A stretch of 24,000 bases of DNA from Saccharothrix sp. Lineage in GTDB: Bacteria > Actinomycetota > Actinomycetes > Mycobacteriales > Pseudonocardiaceae. The stretch covers positions 4,089 to 28,088 of the forward strand of contig NZ_JAPSLK010000027.1 of assembly GCF_031180885.1 (NCBI RefSeq). Direction: 5' to 3'. The notes below the pieces were generated by a model. It was not told the origin of the DNA. It saw nothing but the letters and a program-made list of their open reading frames with translations, and did not search any database. A program made the position numbers and the translations under genes. Positions 22,629 to 24,000 of the stretch are shown in pieces (within the stretch, counting starts at the first letter, position 1; each line of letters starts with the position of its first letter).

Positions 22629-23531
22629 ATGATCAGGGACACCGCTCGAACCGCACCGCAATCGGGTGTGATCGCGGACTTCTACCACGCACCCGACAAC
22701 GCCGACCCGCCACGTTGGTTGGGATCGCTGCACGGTGGCGACATTTCATCCGCCGCGCTTCGCAATGTCCGTTGTGGACACCTGATGTTGGAGGCCACCG
22801 ACCTCAAGGAGTTCCTGTTCGCGGTCTCGGACCTGCTGTCGGTGTGGGGTGAGGGCGAACCCACCACCGCGCACATGCCGGTCGACGGCTGGCCCTGGCC
22901 GTGGGAGGACGATCGCCACGCCGACTGGATCTACACCTTCGACGGCCGCCGCGTCTGGGCCACCCACCGCTCCACGACACGCACAACCACCACCGCAGCG
23001 CTGATCCCCGACCCCGACGACATCCTCCTCGACCGCGCCGCCGTCATGTTGAGCCTCGCCTCCCACTTCGACGACACCAAGGCGGCCGGCCCGACCGAAC
23101 CCGACCGGCCGACCGTGCACCGCTCCCGCTACGACATGGTCCACACGCACGTCGAACAAGCCGCCACACGAACCACACGCCTGTCCGACTTCGAGGTCGC
23201 CGAGTTGACCTTGGCGTTGTCCGACAACATGGTCCACGACTGCTGCCTGTCGTTCGCCGTCGGCGAGCACGCCGATGCGGCCGAGAAACTGTGGATCGAA
23301 CTCGTCGCCGCAAGCCCATCCCCGGCGCGCGCCAACCCGGCCGCACTCCTGGCCATGTCGGCGTTCATCCGAGGCGACCACCGCCTCACCGACGCCGCCC
23401 TAGCCCACCTCGACGACACCGCACCGGGCCACCCCGTAGCGAACCTCCTCCGCCCCGGTCGTCCGCTTGTGTCCCAGGAGGAACTGCGTCGCACCGCCGA
23501 AGGCAGCCGGCAACTCATCGAATGCCTGTGA
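22629..23531 (+). CDS. Two-part protein: unknown N-terminal domain + DUF4192-like C-terminal half
   Basis: The C-terminal half (LSDFEVAELTLALSDNMVHDCCL...AEKLWIELVAASPSPARANPAALLAMSAFIRGDHRLTDAALAHL...HPVANLL) matches my recollection of the DUF4192 C-terminus. The N-terminal half (ADFYHAPDNADPPRWLGSLHGG...DGWPWPWEDDRHADWIYTFDGRRVWA) is a different module. Confidence 0.6.
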   Translation: MIRDTARTAPQSGVIADFYHAPDNADPPRWLGSLHGGDISSAALRNVRCGHLMLEATDLKEFLFAVSDLLSVWGEGEPTTAHMPVDGWPWPWEDDRHADWIYTFDGRRVWATHRSTTRTTTTAALIPDPDDILLDRAAVMLSLASHFDDTKAAGPTEPDRPTVHRSRYDMVHTHVEQAATRTTRLSDFEVAELTLALSDNMVHDCCLSFAVGEHADAAEKLWIELVAASPSPARANPAALLAMSAFIRGDHRLTDAALAHLDDTAPGHPVANLLRPGRPLVSQEELRRTAEGSRQLIECL

Positions 23532-23558
23532 CCTTCCACCCCGCCACAGGAGCCACCG

Positions 23559-23963
23559 ATGCTCATCGATCAATCCTGGACCCCCGGCGTGTGGATCGAC
23601 GGACAGGCCTCCACCCTCACCGACGACCCCATGACCAACTTCGCCCACCAGGTCCACGACGACCTGGTCGCCGCCCGCACCGCCGGACGCCTCCCCGCAC
23701 ACATCGAGATCACCGTCAGCCTCGCCCACGTCGAAGCACAGGACGCGACACCGGCCGGGACGCTGATCAGCGTCCGCCTCCAACCCACCCTCGCAGACCC
23801 CGCCGTGCGCCAAAGCCTCAAGCGTGAAGCCATCTCCACCATGGACCGCCTCGCCGTCGAACACATCCCCCCGGACCGCTACCACCAGTACGCCGGGTTC
23901 GTGTTCCTCGTCGACGAACAACACCAACCCACCGACTACAGCCCACACTCACTCGGCTTCTGA
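23559..23963 (+). CDS. Hypothetical protein (134 aa)
   Basis: AGGAG lies 6 nt before the ATG. C-rich third positions match neighbouring backbone genes. No motif recognised. Confidence 0.6.
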   Translation: MLIDQSWTPGVWIDGQASTLTDDPMTNFAHQVHDDLVAARTAGRLPAHIEITVSLAHVEAQDATPAGTLISVRLQPTLADPAVRQSLKREAISTMDRLAVEHIPPDRYHQYAGFVFLVDEQHQPTDYSPHSLGF

Positions 23964-24000
23964 CCAACCAACCCCGGCCCACCGCGTTCAGGAAACCAAG

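Noticed and set aside
1-24000. CRISPR arrays, rRNA or tRNA genes, IS elements with terminal inverted repeats.
   Set aside because: No regularly spaced short repeats, no rRNA- or tRNA-like sequence, and no transposase or integrase ORF was recognisable. The only mobile element supported is the group II intron.

Overview
High-GC, actinomycete-type DNA that reads as part of a conjugative element (ICE or plasmid). Positions 1-11.9 kb hold a co-directional Gram-positive/actinomycete T4SS-type transfer module: polytopic membrane protein, PrgI-family protein, VirB4-like ATPase, VirD4/TraD-like coupling protein, replication-relaxation protein, and a bifunctional SLT + NlpC/P60 wall hydrolase. The coupling-protein gene is split by a complete ~2.5-kb group II intron (6920-9461) with an RT/maturase/HNH ORF and textbook domains V and VI. 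Removing the intron restores the reading frame exactly. Positions 11.9-14.2 kb are an abrupt low-GC islet carrying a two-gene minus-strand cassette: a minimal RlmN/Cfr-like radical-SAM enzyme plus a 2-TM protein. This cassette is my top candidate for an undescribed system. Positions 14.2-14.9 kb are a decayed MFS transporter pseudogene. Positions 15.2-19.4 kb hold a double winged-helix gene and a minus-strand operon: small membrane protein, then an ECF-type sigma factor with a ~160-aa C-terminal extension, then an effector-less NB-ARC/TPR STAND NTPase. That operon is preceded by two ~50-bp direct repeats and contains a 44-bp perfect palindrome. Positions 19.7-24.0 kb hold translationally coupled small ORFs, an operon ending in a PD-(D/E)xK nuclease with a Zn ribbon, a DUF4192-like protein and a hypothetical protein. 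I saw no rRNA, tRNA or CRISPR array. Many long ORFs in the track are antisense or alternate-frame shadows typical of high-GC DNA. Family assignments come from motif recognition by eye and recalled sequences, not from searches.
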